From: an uncultured Nitrososphaerota archaeon
GTDB lineage: Archaea; Thermoproteota; Nitrososphaeria; Nitrososphaerales; CADDZS01
Assembly (NCBI GenBank): GCA_963799845.1
Contig: CAWCYI010000004.1
Location: 928,001-992,000, forward strand
DNA: 64,000 nt
Direction: 5' to 3'
Below are positions 29,127 through 38,938 of this stretch, piece by piece; positions within the stretch are counted from its first letter, which is position 1, and each line of letters begins with the position of its first letter. The notes under the pieces are model-generated. The model did no database searches, was not told the origin of the DNA, and saw nothing but the letters and a program-made list of their open reading frames with translations. The position numbers were made by a program, and so were the translations under genes.

Positions 29127-30533
29127 CTAGTCATCTTCCAGTCTGAGAACTTTTCCGGGATTCAGAATGTTGTTTGGGTCCCACTGTTTTTTGAGATGCC
29201 GCATTAGCTCGAGGACTTCTCTTCCATTGCTCTTTAGGAGCTGGGCCTCCGCGAAGGCTATCTTCTGCTCTCCGATCCCGTGTTCTCCTGTGACAGATCC
29301 CCCGACTTCAATCGCATAGTTGCAGATATCCGCGAACGCCAGATCAGCCGCCTCCCTGGACTCTTTCGAATTTTCATCATACAGAATGCTCGGGTGCACA
29401 TTGCCGTCTCCCGCGTGGCCTCCTGTGGGGATCCGCAGGCCGTATTTTTTCGAGACCTGCTTTACAAATTCCAGATAGTCCACGAGCTTGTCTATGGGAA
29501 CCACCACGTCCTCCGTGTGCAGCGCCATGTTGAGCGACTTTAATCCCATGTAGTTGAGCATCCTGGCATTGTACAGCCGCTCCTCGTCCGCCTCGTCCTT
29601 TGCCACGTAATTTGCGGTCGAGCCGCACTCTTGGCAGATCTTGAGCAGCTCGGATAATCTGGAATCCGTCTCGATGAACAGGATGGCCTCGTCTTCCGGT
29701 ACGCCTAGATCAAACGCAGTGTTGACGGAGTGCATCGTCTCCCTGTCCATGAACTCCAGCAGCACGGGCTGGATCCTATTTTCCCTGATCTTCTGGATCG
29801 CCTTCCCCGCGGACGCCCAGTTATCGAAAAAGACAAGCAGCCTCTTGTGCTCGGCACTCTTCGGAGGGATGGGAGTGATCTTCACCCACGCCTCGGTGAT
29901 CAGACCCAAAGTCCCCTCGCTACCGCACATAAGATGGACGAAATCGTAACCCACGCGGTTCTTCGGCAGGGGCTCGCCAAATTTTACGATTGATCCGTCG
30001 GCGAGGACAACCCTCAGTGACAATATCCAGTCCTTCACGGTGCCGTACTTGAAGCACTTCATGCCTCCCGAGTTCTCCGCGATTGCGCCGCCGATTGTGC
30101 ACCAGGGAGTGCTCCCTGGATCTGGCGGAAAGAAAAATCCATACTTTTTCAGCTCGTCGTTCAGGTCTTCAAGAACAACTCCTGCCTCGACGTGCGCGTA
30201 CCAGTTTACCGTGTCGATTTTCAGGATTTTCTTCATCCGGGTGAAATCGACTACTATCCAGCCGTGGGCCGATGACGCACCGGTCAAACTCGTTCCGGCA
30301 CCCCTCGCTACGATGGGAGTTCGCGTTTCATTTGCTCTTGCGACTATCTTTGAGACTTGCAAAGTCGAATCGGGGCGCAAGACGAACAGTGGTTCGGAGG
30401 GGTAATCCGCCATGTCCTTGAGATAGTCCTGGATCTTTTCCTGAGAACTGGTCCGAATGATGTTCTGCTCGCCCAGGAGCCCAACAAAATATTCCGGCGA
30501 CGACTCCACTTCGTTCACTGTCCCAGTTTTCAT
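29127..30533 (-). CDS. FAD-linked oxidase, GlcD/D-lactate dehydrogenase family
   Basis: RGAGTSLTG, FPPDPGS, GSEGTLG, GHAGDGNVH, GEHGIG and DPNNILNPGK. Confidence 0.95.
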   Translation of the reverse strand: MKTGTVNEVESSPEYFVGLLGEQNIIRTSSQEKIQDYLKDMADYPSEPLFVLRPDSTLQVSKIVARANETRTPIVARGAGTSLTGASSAHGWIVVDFTRMKKILKIDTVNWYAHVEAGVVLEDLNDELKKYGFFFPPDPGSTPWCTIGGAIAENSGGMKCFKYGTVKDWILSLRVVLADGSIVKFGEPLPKNRVGYDFVHLMCGSEGTLGLITEAWVKITPIPPKSAEHKRLLVFFDNWASAGKAIQKIRENRIQPVLLEFMDRETMHSVNTAFDLGVPEDEAILFIETDSRLSELLKICQECGSTANYVAKDEADEERLYNARMLNYMGLKSLNMALHTEDVVVPIDKLVDYLEFVKQVSKKYGLRIPTGGHAGDGNVHPSILYDENSKESREAADLAFADICNYAIEVGGSVTGEHGIGEQKIAFAEAQLLKSNGREVLELMRHLKKQWDPNNILNPGKVLRLEDD

Positions 30534-30551
30534 TCGGAAAAGTGGAGCGTC

Positions 30552-31202
30552 CTAACTCTGTCTCTGGATGTGAAGGTTGAACATCGGAGTCTGGTACTTC
30601 ATCCGGAGCCTGAAAAAGAGCGTGAACCACATTTCAACTCCCCGCGAAGTCGATATATCGCCCAGGTCGATTATACTCTTCCAGCCGAGTTCACCGAGAA
30701 TCTTTTGCACTTGCGCTTTCGCCTGCGGGTCGTTCCCGCAAACAAAAACATCATGCTCGCCTGGAACCCCCATCGGATTCACCATGACCTGAGCTGCCAT
30801 TGTGTTGAGAGACTTTACCACTTTCGCTTCTGGAAATTCCCTCTGAATCTGTTCTCCAACTGAGTCTGTGTTCACAATGGTCAGAGTCGGCGGCATACCC
30901 TTCGAAAAATCAAGCGCGTTTGCCACATCGACCAGCACCTTTCCCTTGAGATTTTGAGCCCCTGCCATCCTCAGCGCCTCAACAGATACATTTCCAGAAG
31001 TACAGTTGAACACGATCTCCCCGAAAGAAGCCGCGTCGGCGAATGTTCCCTGCGAGGCCTTCGCTCCCGCATTTTTCACCCACTCTGCCGCCTTTTCATT
31101 GTTAGAGGTTCGAGACCCCATCTTCACTTCGTAACCGAGCTGAACAAGTTTCGTGCCAAGTGTATTGCCTACAATCCCAGTTCCAATAATTCCAATTCGC
31201 AT
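30552..31202 (-). CDS. NADPH-dependent F420 reductase-like (F420_oxidored) protein
   Basis: GIIGTGIVG, GSR, VDVAN and VVKSLNT. Confidence 0.9.
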   Translation of the reverse strand: MRIGIIGTGIVGNTLGTKLVQLGYEVKMGSRTSNNEKAAEWVKNAGAKASQGTFADAASFGEIVFNCTSGNVSVEALRMAGAQNLKGKVLVDVANALDFSKGMPPTLTIVNTDSVGEQIQREFPEAKVVKSLNTMAAQVMVNPMGVPGEHDVFVCGNDPQAKAQVQKILGELGWKSIIDLGDISTSRGVEMWFTLFFRLRMKYQTPMFNLHIQRQS

Positions 31203-31248
31203 GATCTGGATTGAGGCTCTCGCTCGGCTAATAAGCGTAGCAAACCAG

Positions 31249-31771
31249 CTAGCGAGTTTTGGAAGCGGCTGACGATTTTCCCGCGAATAACTCAGTCCAC
31301 TTTTTCGAGAGATCATCCCTCCTCGGCTTGTACACCTTCTCGTAGAACTCTTGATGTGATTTCAGCGTGTCATCGTCATAGCTTTTACGATCTTGAGTGC
31401 TTCGTCCCAGGCTCTTCTAAAGTTGGTCTCGTTTCCAAACCTTGAAACTATCTGTTTTTCAAAATCCTTCGGTGACTGAACCTCGCCGCCGATTTCAAAG
31501 AGCGGGTTGTTCTTGGTTGATTTCTCATCCAGGAAGGCTTTCTCATTTCCGAGGAAATATTCTTTGTTTTCAGGTTGTGCTGATTCTTTTTCCTTTGATG
31601 ATTTACCGTGAAATCCTTGGGTCGATGGTTTTCCTTTGAACCCCCTTTTCGCGGCAGCATAAAATATAGATCTATTCAGCCCCCAAGAATATGCGGAGTC
31701 TTCCGGCAAACCAAGCGCCTTCGCAGGGCAGCTTGGAGAATTGCCATAATTTGGAAACGACCTATCGCCAT
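31249..31771 (-). CDS. Conserved archaeal hypothetical protein (two frameshifts)
   Basis: MAIGRFQIMAILQA / ALGLPEDSAYSWGLNRSIFYAAAKRGF / FYEKVYKPRRD distributed over different frames. Confidence 0.7.
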
Positions 31772-31852
31772 CTGTTTTCTGAGATCCCCAAAAACATTGT
31801 AGATGAAATGATTTATGGTCAAGAGGGATTGAAAATCTAGAAGAAATCATCG

Positions 31853-32414
31853 TTGCTACCGTTAGTTTATTGTGGAACGACGATCTCGGTGATCCAGGGT
31901 GACATTGTGGATCAAGAGACAGATGCAATCGTGAACGCTGCCAGCTCTTCTCTCATGGGCGGCGGGGGTGTTGATGAGGCAATCCACAGAGCAGGAGGTC
32001 CCGAAATCCTCAAGCAGGTGCCTTGCGATCCGCAAGCGGGAATGGCCCGACGGGCTTCCGACCGGGAAGGCAATTATCACTGGTGGGGAAACTTGCGAGC
32101 TGAGTACGTAATCCACACCGTAGGTCCAGTTTGTTGTGGAGGAGCGAAGGGTGAAAAAGAGAACTTCAGCTGCCTGCTACGAAAATTCTCTGCAACTCGC
32201 GGCATCCAAAAATCTAGAGTCGATTTCGTTCCCAGCGATCAGTACTGATGCCTACGGATATCCCATTGATCTAGCATCAATTGTTGCTCTAAATTCGGTT
32301 ATAGAAGGAATAGACAAGATCGGAAATCGTAGATTGAAAGAGATCCGTTTCGTCTTATTCACGGTTGGAGACTATGAATCGTATCTCGGCGCTGCGAAAT
32401 CCAAGTTTCAATGA
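31853..32414 (+). CDS. Macro-domain O-acetyl-ADP-ribose deacetylase (several frameshifts)
   Basis: GDI, DAIVNAA, GGGGVDEAIH, VIHTVGP and SISFPAIST..YGYP. Confidence 0.9.
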
Positions 32415-32653
32415 TGAATCATACGTGACGTCAGAATTTAGGTTTCAATTAATCTCCTGGGACATCAAGCCTGCCAAATGCATCTGAACTTCGTAATCCA
32501 GAAAATTTACTGGTAATTAGTACCACGAATCCATTATGCTCTAATTACATTATATCCGAACTTGATTCTTACAGGATCAAGTCTCCATTGACAGTACGAA
32601 TTAAAGGCATGTTATTATATCACCGAAATACCGTGTCCCTAGGTAACTACAAA

Positions 32654-33154
32654 GTGAATCGTAAGATTCTCTCGAATATAGGAAAAGAGAGAAAAGCCAT
32701 CTCTCCAATAATCGCGACGCTGCTCCTGATTTTGATCGCAATCGCGGCAGGGGTGGTAGTGTACGCTTACGTTATCGGTTTCATCGGCAATTCTACATCA
32801 AACACAGGGGGCAATACCAGTGTACTTCAAGTTGAGAATTTCTGCGCCAGCATCAATACACACTGTACCGGATCAAATGTCTACTCGGTTGTAATCCAGA
32901 ATACTGGCAGCGGTGCTTTTCCAACTGGTAACTTCCAAATATACTTCGTCGACATCACTGCTTCTGGTCAACCCACGGGTGTTGTGGCCACATGCAGTTC
33001 ATCGAATGTAAGTCCAGGATCCTCAGCGACTTGCTCGGGAAGCTCTTGGGCCGGAGTGCTTAGTCCAACTCCCAATGCAGGAGACACGATCACGGTTAAG
33101 GTCGTTACCCCTGACGGAGGAGAGGCGACGAGTAGCACGAAGGTCATATCTTAA
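32654..33154 (+). CDS. Archaeal type IV pilin (class III signal peptide)
   Basis: RKA/ISPIIATLLLILIAIAAG prepilin motif. Confidence 0.92.
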   Translation: MNRKILSNIGKERKAISPIIATLLLILIAIAAGVVVYAYVIGFIGNSTSNTGGNTSVLQVENFCASINTHCTGSNVYSVVIQNTGSGAFPTGNFQIYFVDITASGQPTGVVATCSSSNVSPGSSATCSGSSWAGVLSPTPNAGDTITVKVVTPDGGEATSSTKVIS

Positions 33155-33156
33155 AG

Positions 33157-33978
33157 GTGCATAGAAAATTGAACACAAACAAACTTTCAACAAGTAAGCG
33201 AGGAATCAGTCCGATAATCGCGACATTGCTTTTGATTCTTATCGCGATCGCGGCAGGAGTCGTAGTGTATGCCTACGTCATCGGGTTCGTAGGAAACAGC
33301 ACAGGAAATTCTGGAGGACAGGTTGCAAACCTCAGTATCGACCAGGTTACATTTGCAAGTGCGGCATCGTCGGTGCCAGCTCAGGTGTTTCTGAGAAATC
33401 AGGGGCCTGTCGCTGATTCATTTACTGCAAACTTCTTCGTAAAGTCCTCGATCCTGAACCAGCAATTGGGACCAGCAATCACAGTCAGCTGTTCCGGAGC
33501 TACTCCATGCTCTGGGGCGGGAACATCGTATACTATTCCTGCAGGACTCCAATTAACTGCTACAGGAAGTAACACTGTAACGGTGTCTCCGATCACTGCG
33601 ATTACTTGTGCAGGTTCCCCCAGTGCTTTGACGGTAAGCGTGTTCGGTCAAGCAGCTACAAACATTGAGACTTGCGCAGCGGGTACTGCAACGCCTGTTG
33701 TTGCCACTTTCACATTAGGTACAGGAGTCGTCGTGTCATCGAGTCTTGTGACTGCGGCCGGAGGCCCTGGGTCGAAGCAAATAATTTCTTCAGCTGCTTT
33801 GATCTATGGTGTAATCATCACTACGGGATCAATCACAGTGCCTGCGGGAACTGTCTTCCAGTTCAATCTTGCCCAACAGGGAGTTGGCACAAATCCACTC
33901 GTTTCGGGAACAACCTACACAATCTCTGTAACCGGTAACGACGGAGCATCGACAACGATCAGCGGCAAGTCCTCTTAG
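33157..33978 (+). CDS. Archaeal type IV pilin (class III signal peptide)
   Basis: KRG/ISPIIATLLLILIAIAAG; followed by a T-rich terminator-like tract. Confidence 0.92.
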   Translation: MHRKLNTNKLSTSKRGISPIIATLLLILIAIAAGVVVYAYVIGFVGNSTGNSGGQVANLSIDQVTFASAASSVPAQVFLRNQGPVADSFTANFFVKSSILNQQLGPAITVSCSGATPCSGAGTSYTIPAGLQLTATGSNTVTVSPITAITCAGSPSALTVSVFGQAATNIETCAAGTATPVVATFTLGTGVVVSSSLVTAAGGPGSKQIISSAALIYGVIITTGSITVPAGTVFQFNLAQQGVGTNPLVSGTTYTISVTGNDGASTTISGKSS

Positions 33979-34080
33979 ATCGAGGGCCCGATTTCTTGGG
34001 CTTTCATCCTCCTCCTTTCTTTTTTTATCGTAACGGACTAGAACGAGTTATTAGTCAAAGTACCGAATTCTCTGCCGTAG

Positions 34081-34923
34081 ATGTCATCGATTGTTACACT
34101 GGGCCTCGTCCAGATGTCGATGAGCGAGGACAGAGAGGAAAATCTCTCAAAAGCTCTCGGAATGATCGATGAGGCAGCTTCGAAGGGTTCTCAGGTCGTC
34201 TGCCTCCCAGAACTTTTTGCAACTCGGTATTTTCCCCAAACTGAAAAATCCAGTTTACAGCCGGAGAAGATTCCCGGTCCCACTAGTGAATTCCTCTCGA
34301 ACGCTGCAAGGAAAAACAACATAGTGCTTGTCGGCGGCTCAATCTACGAGATTGACGGGGACAAAAAGAAGTACAATACCAGCGTTGTCTTCGACGAGCA
34401 GGGCAAGTTGCTCGGGAAGTACAGAAAAGTGCACATCCCAGAGGACGAATCGTTTTACGAACAGGATTATTTTAGCTCGGGAAAATCGTACCCCACTTTC
34501 AAAACTTCTTACGGAAGGATCGGCTCGCTGATCTGCTTTGATCAGTGGTATCCGGAGGCCGCGAGAATTGAAAAGCTCCTCGGTGCGAACATTCTGTTTT
34601 ATCCCACTGCGATTGGAACTGTCCAGGGTATTGAGCAAACAGAGGGAAGCTGGCAGGACGCTTGGGAAGCAGTGCAGCGGGGTCATGCAGTTTCTAACAG
34701 CATGGTGGTCGCGGCAGTGAATCGGACCGGTAGAGAGGGTGAAATGAAATTCTGGGGCGGATCATTTGTCTACGACCAGTTTGGAGAACTTCTTGCACGA
34801 GCAGTGTCCAAAGAGCAGATCCTCGTCGTAGAATGCGATCTATCTCTTGGAGATGAAATCGAAAAGGGCTGGGGCTTTCTTCGAAACAGGATGCCCAAGA
34901 CATACACAAAGATAATCAAGTGA
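34081..34923 (+). CDS. aguB: N-carbamoylputrescine amidase (carbon-nitrogen hydrolase)
   Basis: LPELF, YRKVHIP, ICFDQWYPE, YPTAIG and QRGHA; overlaps aguA. Confidence 0.88.
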   Translation: MSSIVTLGLVQMSMSEDREENLSKALGMIDEAASKGSQVVCLPELFATRYFPQTEKSSLQPEKIPGPTSEFLSNAARKNNIVLVGGSIYEIDGDKKKYNTSVVFDEQGKLLGKYRKVHIPEDESFYEQDYFSSGKSYPTFKTSYGRIGSLICFDQWYPEAARIEKLLGANILFYPTAIGTVQGIEQTEGSWQDAWEAVQRGHAVSNSMVVAAVNRTGREGEMKFWGGSFVYDQFGELLARAVSKEQILVVECDLSLGDEIEKGWGFLRNRMPKTYTKIIK

Positions 34924-35954
34924 AATTGCAAACGACGCCGTTTGAGCTCGGCTTTAGAATGCCGGCAGAGTGGGAGAGACATGAATCTACGTGGCTATCG
35001 TGGCCGAAGGATCCGCTGACTTTTCCTGACGACATCATAGATCGAGTCGAGCAGACCTACCTAGAGATGATTCAAGCCCTTCAAACGGGAGAGTGTGTAG
35101 ATCTACTTGTGGATGACCAGAAAACCGAGGACAGAGTGACTTCAATGCTCTCCTCCACGACAAACGTCCGGTTTCATCAGATAAGATCTCAGGACGTGTG
35201 GATCCGGGACTATGGCCCCATCTTCGTTCGAAGCTCAGGAGGAGTTGCCGTTACAAAATGGATCTTCAACGCGTGGGGCAGAAAGTACGATGAGCTCCTG
35301 AAAGACAACGAGACCGGAAAGGAAATCTGCAAAGAGTTAGGCGTTAGTGTGTTCGAGCCTGGTATAGTTCTAGAGGGAGGATCGATCGATGTTAACGGCT
35401 CAGGTTTGTGCCTGACGACGACGCAGTGCCTTCTAAACAAAAATAGAAATCCGCAATTGAGCAAACGTGAAATTGAGAAGTACCTACGCGACTTTCTTGG
35501 AGTCACGAATCCCATCTGGCTCGGGGAGGGAATTTCAGGCGATGACACGGACGGGCATGTCGATGATATTGCAAGGTTTGTACATTCGAATAAGATAGTT
35601 TGCATGATCGAGGATGATCCCTCTGATGAAAATTACGAGGCACTAAAGGGAAATTTGAAGACGCTCGAGAATGCGATAACCTCTGATGGAACTCCTCTGG
35701 AAGTTGTTCTTCTAAAGATGCCTGGAAAAGTCGAAAACTCCGAAGGCAAACTTCCAGCCAGCTACGCAAATTTCTACATCGGAAACGACGTCGTGCTGGT
35801 GCCGGTTTTTGGAGACAAGAATGATGCCGCAGCATTATCAACTTTAGCGGAGGTTTTTCCCCAGAGGAAAATCGTCGGAATAAACTGCAGGGAACTTGTC
35901 TCCGGCTTCGGGGCAATCCACTGCGTGACTCAGCAACAACCCGCGTTGAGTTAA
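34920..35954 (+). CDS. aguA: Agmatine deiminase
   Basis: MPAEWE, WIRDYGP, FNAWG, EGGSI, DTDGHVD, ASYANF and GAIHCVTQQQP. Confidence 0.95.
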   Translation: MKLQTTPFELGFRMPAEWERHESTWLSWPKDPLTFPDDIIDRVEQTYLEMIQALQTGECVDLLVDDQKTEDRVTSMLSSTTNVRFHQIRSQDVWIRDYGPIFVRSSGGVAVTKWIFNAWGRKYDELLKDNETGKEICKELGVSVFEPGIVLEGGSIDVNGSGLCLTTTQCLLNKNRNPQLSKREIEKYLRDFLGVTNPIWLGEGISGDDTDGHVDDIARFVHSNKIVCMIEDDPSDENYEALKGNLKTLENAITSDGTPLEVVLLKMPGKVENSEGKLPASYANFYIGNDVVLVPVFGDKNDAAALSTLAEVFPQRKIVGINCRELVSGFGAIHCVTQQQPALS

Positions 35955-36060
35955 TGAAACTCCTAAATCATGGTTCTATGCTAATCAACTTCATTGGAAA
36001 CCTGTCCCGGCGATGGAAACAGCCGAGTCGGGCAACGGCAAGAAATAGAGTGCTCATATC

Positions 36061-37224
36061 GTGAAGATCGACTACAGCAAGCATTGGGATCGAGTGAAAT
36101 TCTGGAAGGATGTCGTAGAAAGAACCGACAGCTTCCTCGGCTCGTCGCCACCGGCGGTATTCATCGGCAGCAGTTTCTATCCCAAGGTCAACATCGGAGT
36201 TCTGTCTCCGCCTAACAGGGAGGAAAACGCGGGCATACTAGACGATCCGGAATCCTGGTACGCCCAGAGGTCGAGTCTCGGCGACATCCTAGACTACCGC
36301 AGCCGGATGATCTTCTCCCGCTCGCACGTGGACGATGTTGCAAGACCGGTCAGCAAGATTCTGGATTCGATGCAGGAGCTCGCGATTAGTTCAAAATCTC
36401 TGGACGTCGAGATCAAATTATCGAAAAAACCTTCCTTCGCCTTTGAATTCGACCAGCACGCATCCCCCATAGGAAATCCTGCGCCGGTTGAAAAGATCAG
36501 GGTCGTTGACAACGCGACAGTTCCGCGTGAGGTCGATGGGGTAATCAGTGACACGGACATGAAGACCGAAGACGCGCTGAGGTATCTCAGGGGAAATGTC
36601 CCGATATACCAGATCTCGAAGATTCTTTCCGTCGGAATGCTCGGTGTCAAAAGCGAGCGGCGCATCGTCCCGACAAGGTGGTCGATAACTGCGGTTGACA
36701 GCAACATGGGAAACCTGATTTTGAAAGAGGTGAAGGGCTACGACGAGATCGACAAGCCGCTTCTGTACCGCAACGAGTACCTTTACAACGACTACCAGAT
36801 CCTTCTCCTTCCAAGGAAATATCAGTACCAGCTCGTCGAGATAGATCTGACGGAATCTATGGACGCGCCGACGGTCGGCTCGGATCATGAACCCCACTTT
36901 GGTCGGAAGATGTACGCTAAGGAGACGGCCGGAGGTTTTTACGCGGCGAGGTTATCTGCCTTGGAAGGTCTCAGCAAAATGAGGAGGCAGGCAACCGTGC
37001 TTATTGTTCGCGAAGTAAAGCCCGAATACACTGTGCCGGTCGGAGTCTGGGAAGTCCGGGAGACCGTCAAGGGAGCCTTTGACAAACCGCCGATAAAGTT
37101 TGAAACCGAGGAGGAGGGTTTCGCGGCGATATCCCATCATGCAATAACGCGAGACCTCTGGAAGTCAAAAAGCAGTTTGTTCCACTCTCTTCGAGAGCAG
37201 ATGGAGATCCGCAAGTTCTTCTAG
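36061..37224 (+). CDS. nreA: Nre family archaeal DNA repair protein
   Basis: GSSPPAVFIG, RRIVPTRWSITAVD, GGFYAARL, PVGVWEVRE and C-terminal PIP box QMEIRKFF. Confidence 0.92.
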   Translation: MKIDYSKHWDRVKFWKDVVERTDSFLGSSPPAVFIGSSFYPKVNIGVLSPPNREENAGILDDPESWYAQRSSLGDILDYRSRMIFSRSHVDDVARPVSKILDSMQELAISSKSLDVEIKLSKKPSFAFEFDQHASPIGNPAPVEKIRVVDNATVPREVDGVISDTDMKTEDALRYLRGNVPIYQISKILSVGMLGVKSERRIVPTRWSITAVDSNMGNLILKEVKGYDEIDKPLLYRNEYLYNDYQILLLPRKYQYQLVEIDLTESMDAPTVGSDHEPHFGRKMYAKETAGGFYAARLSALEGLSKMRRQATVLIVREVKPEYTVPVGVWEVRETVKGAFDKPPIKFETEEEGFAAISHHAITRDLWKSKSSLFHSLREQMEIRKFF

Positions 37225-37525
37225 AGATGTCCTGATTTGCCTCCAAGAGCTCGAAGATCGTTCTCGTCTCTCGAATTCAGAGCGAGCGTTTTGAAGGCAG
37301 TCTGCAATTCAGGAAGTTAGAGTCCATCTATTCCCGCCGATTATTGGGAACTAATCCTCTTGGATATGTCGCTTTGCGATATAGCATTATCAGATTTTTT
37401 TCGTAGCCGTAATTCATCTGGCTTAAATCAAACTATTCCGTTAATATTTCGAATGCAAATTTAGGAATTATTCCACCGAGGATCTTGTTAAAACAACTTT
37501 CAAGATCGTCCGCGATAATATCCTA

Positions 37526-37720
37526 GTGGCCGTTGTAATTATCCCCATTCTTTATGTCGTATTCTTTGGTGAGGTTGCAAATTTTGTTTTGGGCTCATTT
37601 TCTATCCAAATATTCGAAGACATTACAATAGGCATTTTCTTGTGGGTCATATTCTTTGGAATAGTTTTGGGTAGCCATGGCCTGGACAAGATTCAAGGAA
37701 AATTAAACAAACACCTCTAG
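37526..37720 (+). CDS. Small hypothetical membrane protein
   Basis: Two hydrophobic segments. Confidence 0.45.
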   Translation: MAVVIIPILYVVFFGEVANFVLGSFSIQIFEDITIGIFLWVIFFGIVLGSHGLDKIQGKLNKHL

Positions 37721-37831
37721 CTACAGAAAAGGATCCTTTGCGTGAAAGAGATTGTCGCGAATAGGAATATTTTTGGTTCCTAACAAAAATAAACCAAGAA
37801 TTCATCGAATACATCCTAGAGATCGGCAATC

Positions 37832-38347
37832 ATGAATCCCATTTCAAGGTGGTGGCTAGATCACCGCCAGAGGGTAGCAAGATCTTTCATCCATAACTCT
37901 GTTGTAGTTGACTGCGGTGCTCGTACTGAAAAAATCATTCCAGACGCGATAGGTTTCGACGTAGTCAAAGGCTCAGATCTCGTCGCGGATGCCTGTTATC
38001 TTCCATTCCGCAACAGCTCGATGGATACAATTGTTGCGTGCGAACTTATCGAACACATGAATTTCAAGGAAATAGAGGCCTATATCACCGAAGCCCGTCG
38101 TACCTCCAGTCACCTAGTTATCTCAACTCCGAACGCAGATTCTACGTCCTGGAATGTCTTTTGGTATTTTTGGCAGAGGACTGTTGGACGGCCCTGGCGA
38201 CACGCCCATATCGCTCTGTACTGCTCCGAGTTCCTCGATTCCTTCTTCACCCAGCACGGATGGCGAATCAACAAGTTTGTGAAGACCCGCTGGTCGCTAT
38301 TCTACGATCTGGTTTCTGACGGCAATGCCGCTATGGCGAGAAGTTAG
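37832..38347 (+). CDS. Class I SAM-dependent methyltransferase
   Basis: VDCGA, ADACYLPF, ELIEH and ISTPN. Confidence 0.85.
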   Translation: MNPISRWWLDHRQRVARSFIHNSVVVDCGARTEKIIPDAIGFDVVKGSDLVADACYLPFRNSSMDTIVACELIEHMNFKEIEAYITEARRTSSHLVISTPNADSTSWNVFWYFWQRTVGRPWRHAHIALYCSEFLDSFFTQHGWRINKFVKTRWSLFYDLVSDGNAAMARS

Positions 38348-38545
38348 CGGGAATATTCAGGAGTCAGATCAAGGGCTTCGAGGAATGCCTTGGCCTGCCG
38401 CTCTCTTACACACATCGGAAGTTTTCAATGGTCCATATCTGAGAATTTCTTTCGCGTTTTCGCAACCGCGTTATCGCTTTCACTCGATATTCACGAGTGC
38501 GACCAGCTAAAGATAGCGAAACCAAAAGGGCACAATTCTTAATAG

Positions 38546-38578
38546 TTACAGTAATATTACTGTAATATTACAGTAATA
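38546..38578. promoter_or_regulatory. Triple 11-bp alternating palindromic array (putative operator)
   Basis: TTACAGTAATA-TTACTGTAATA-TTACAGTAATA. Confidence 0.6.
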
Positions 38579-38606
38579 TCGCTAATCTTCATAAGAGGAT
38601 GTTGAC

Positions 38607-38873
38607 TTGTTGGCAAGACGCGTTCGCCGTCGGCGGTTGTCTAGGAAAATGGCAGGCGGGATAGCTTTCATAGTCGCGAGCCTTGTTGGTGGGTTTGTCT
38701 CAAGCGTCGGAACAGACGTGTACCATTCTCTCAGGAACGAGTTCTCCAACCAGTCTGGACTTCCTTTGAGCTTTCCACAAGTAATCTTTCTTATCATCGG
38801 CATCGCCGGGCTCGGGCTCATGCTCTCTGGATTGATGGATACCAGTAAGCCCAGGGCAAGAAGAAGGTCGTGA
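38607..38873 (+). CDS. Small 2-TM hypothetical protein
   Basis: Arg-rich termini and two TM segments. Confidence 0.55.
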   Translation: MLARRVRRRRLSRKMAGGIAFIVASLVGGFVSSVGTDVYHSLRNEFSNQSGLPLSFPQVIFLIIGIAGLGLMLSGLMDTSKPRARRRS

Positions 38874-38938
38874 GTGCATAGCGTATCCTTAATGCTTTAA
38901 TATTTAATTTCCTAACTGTTTTAGCTTGTTCTAATTTC

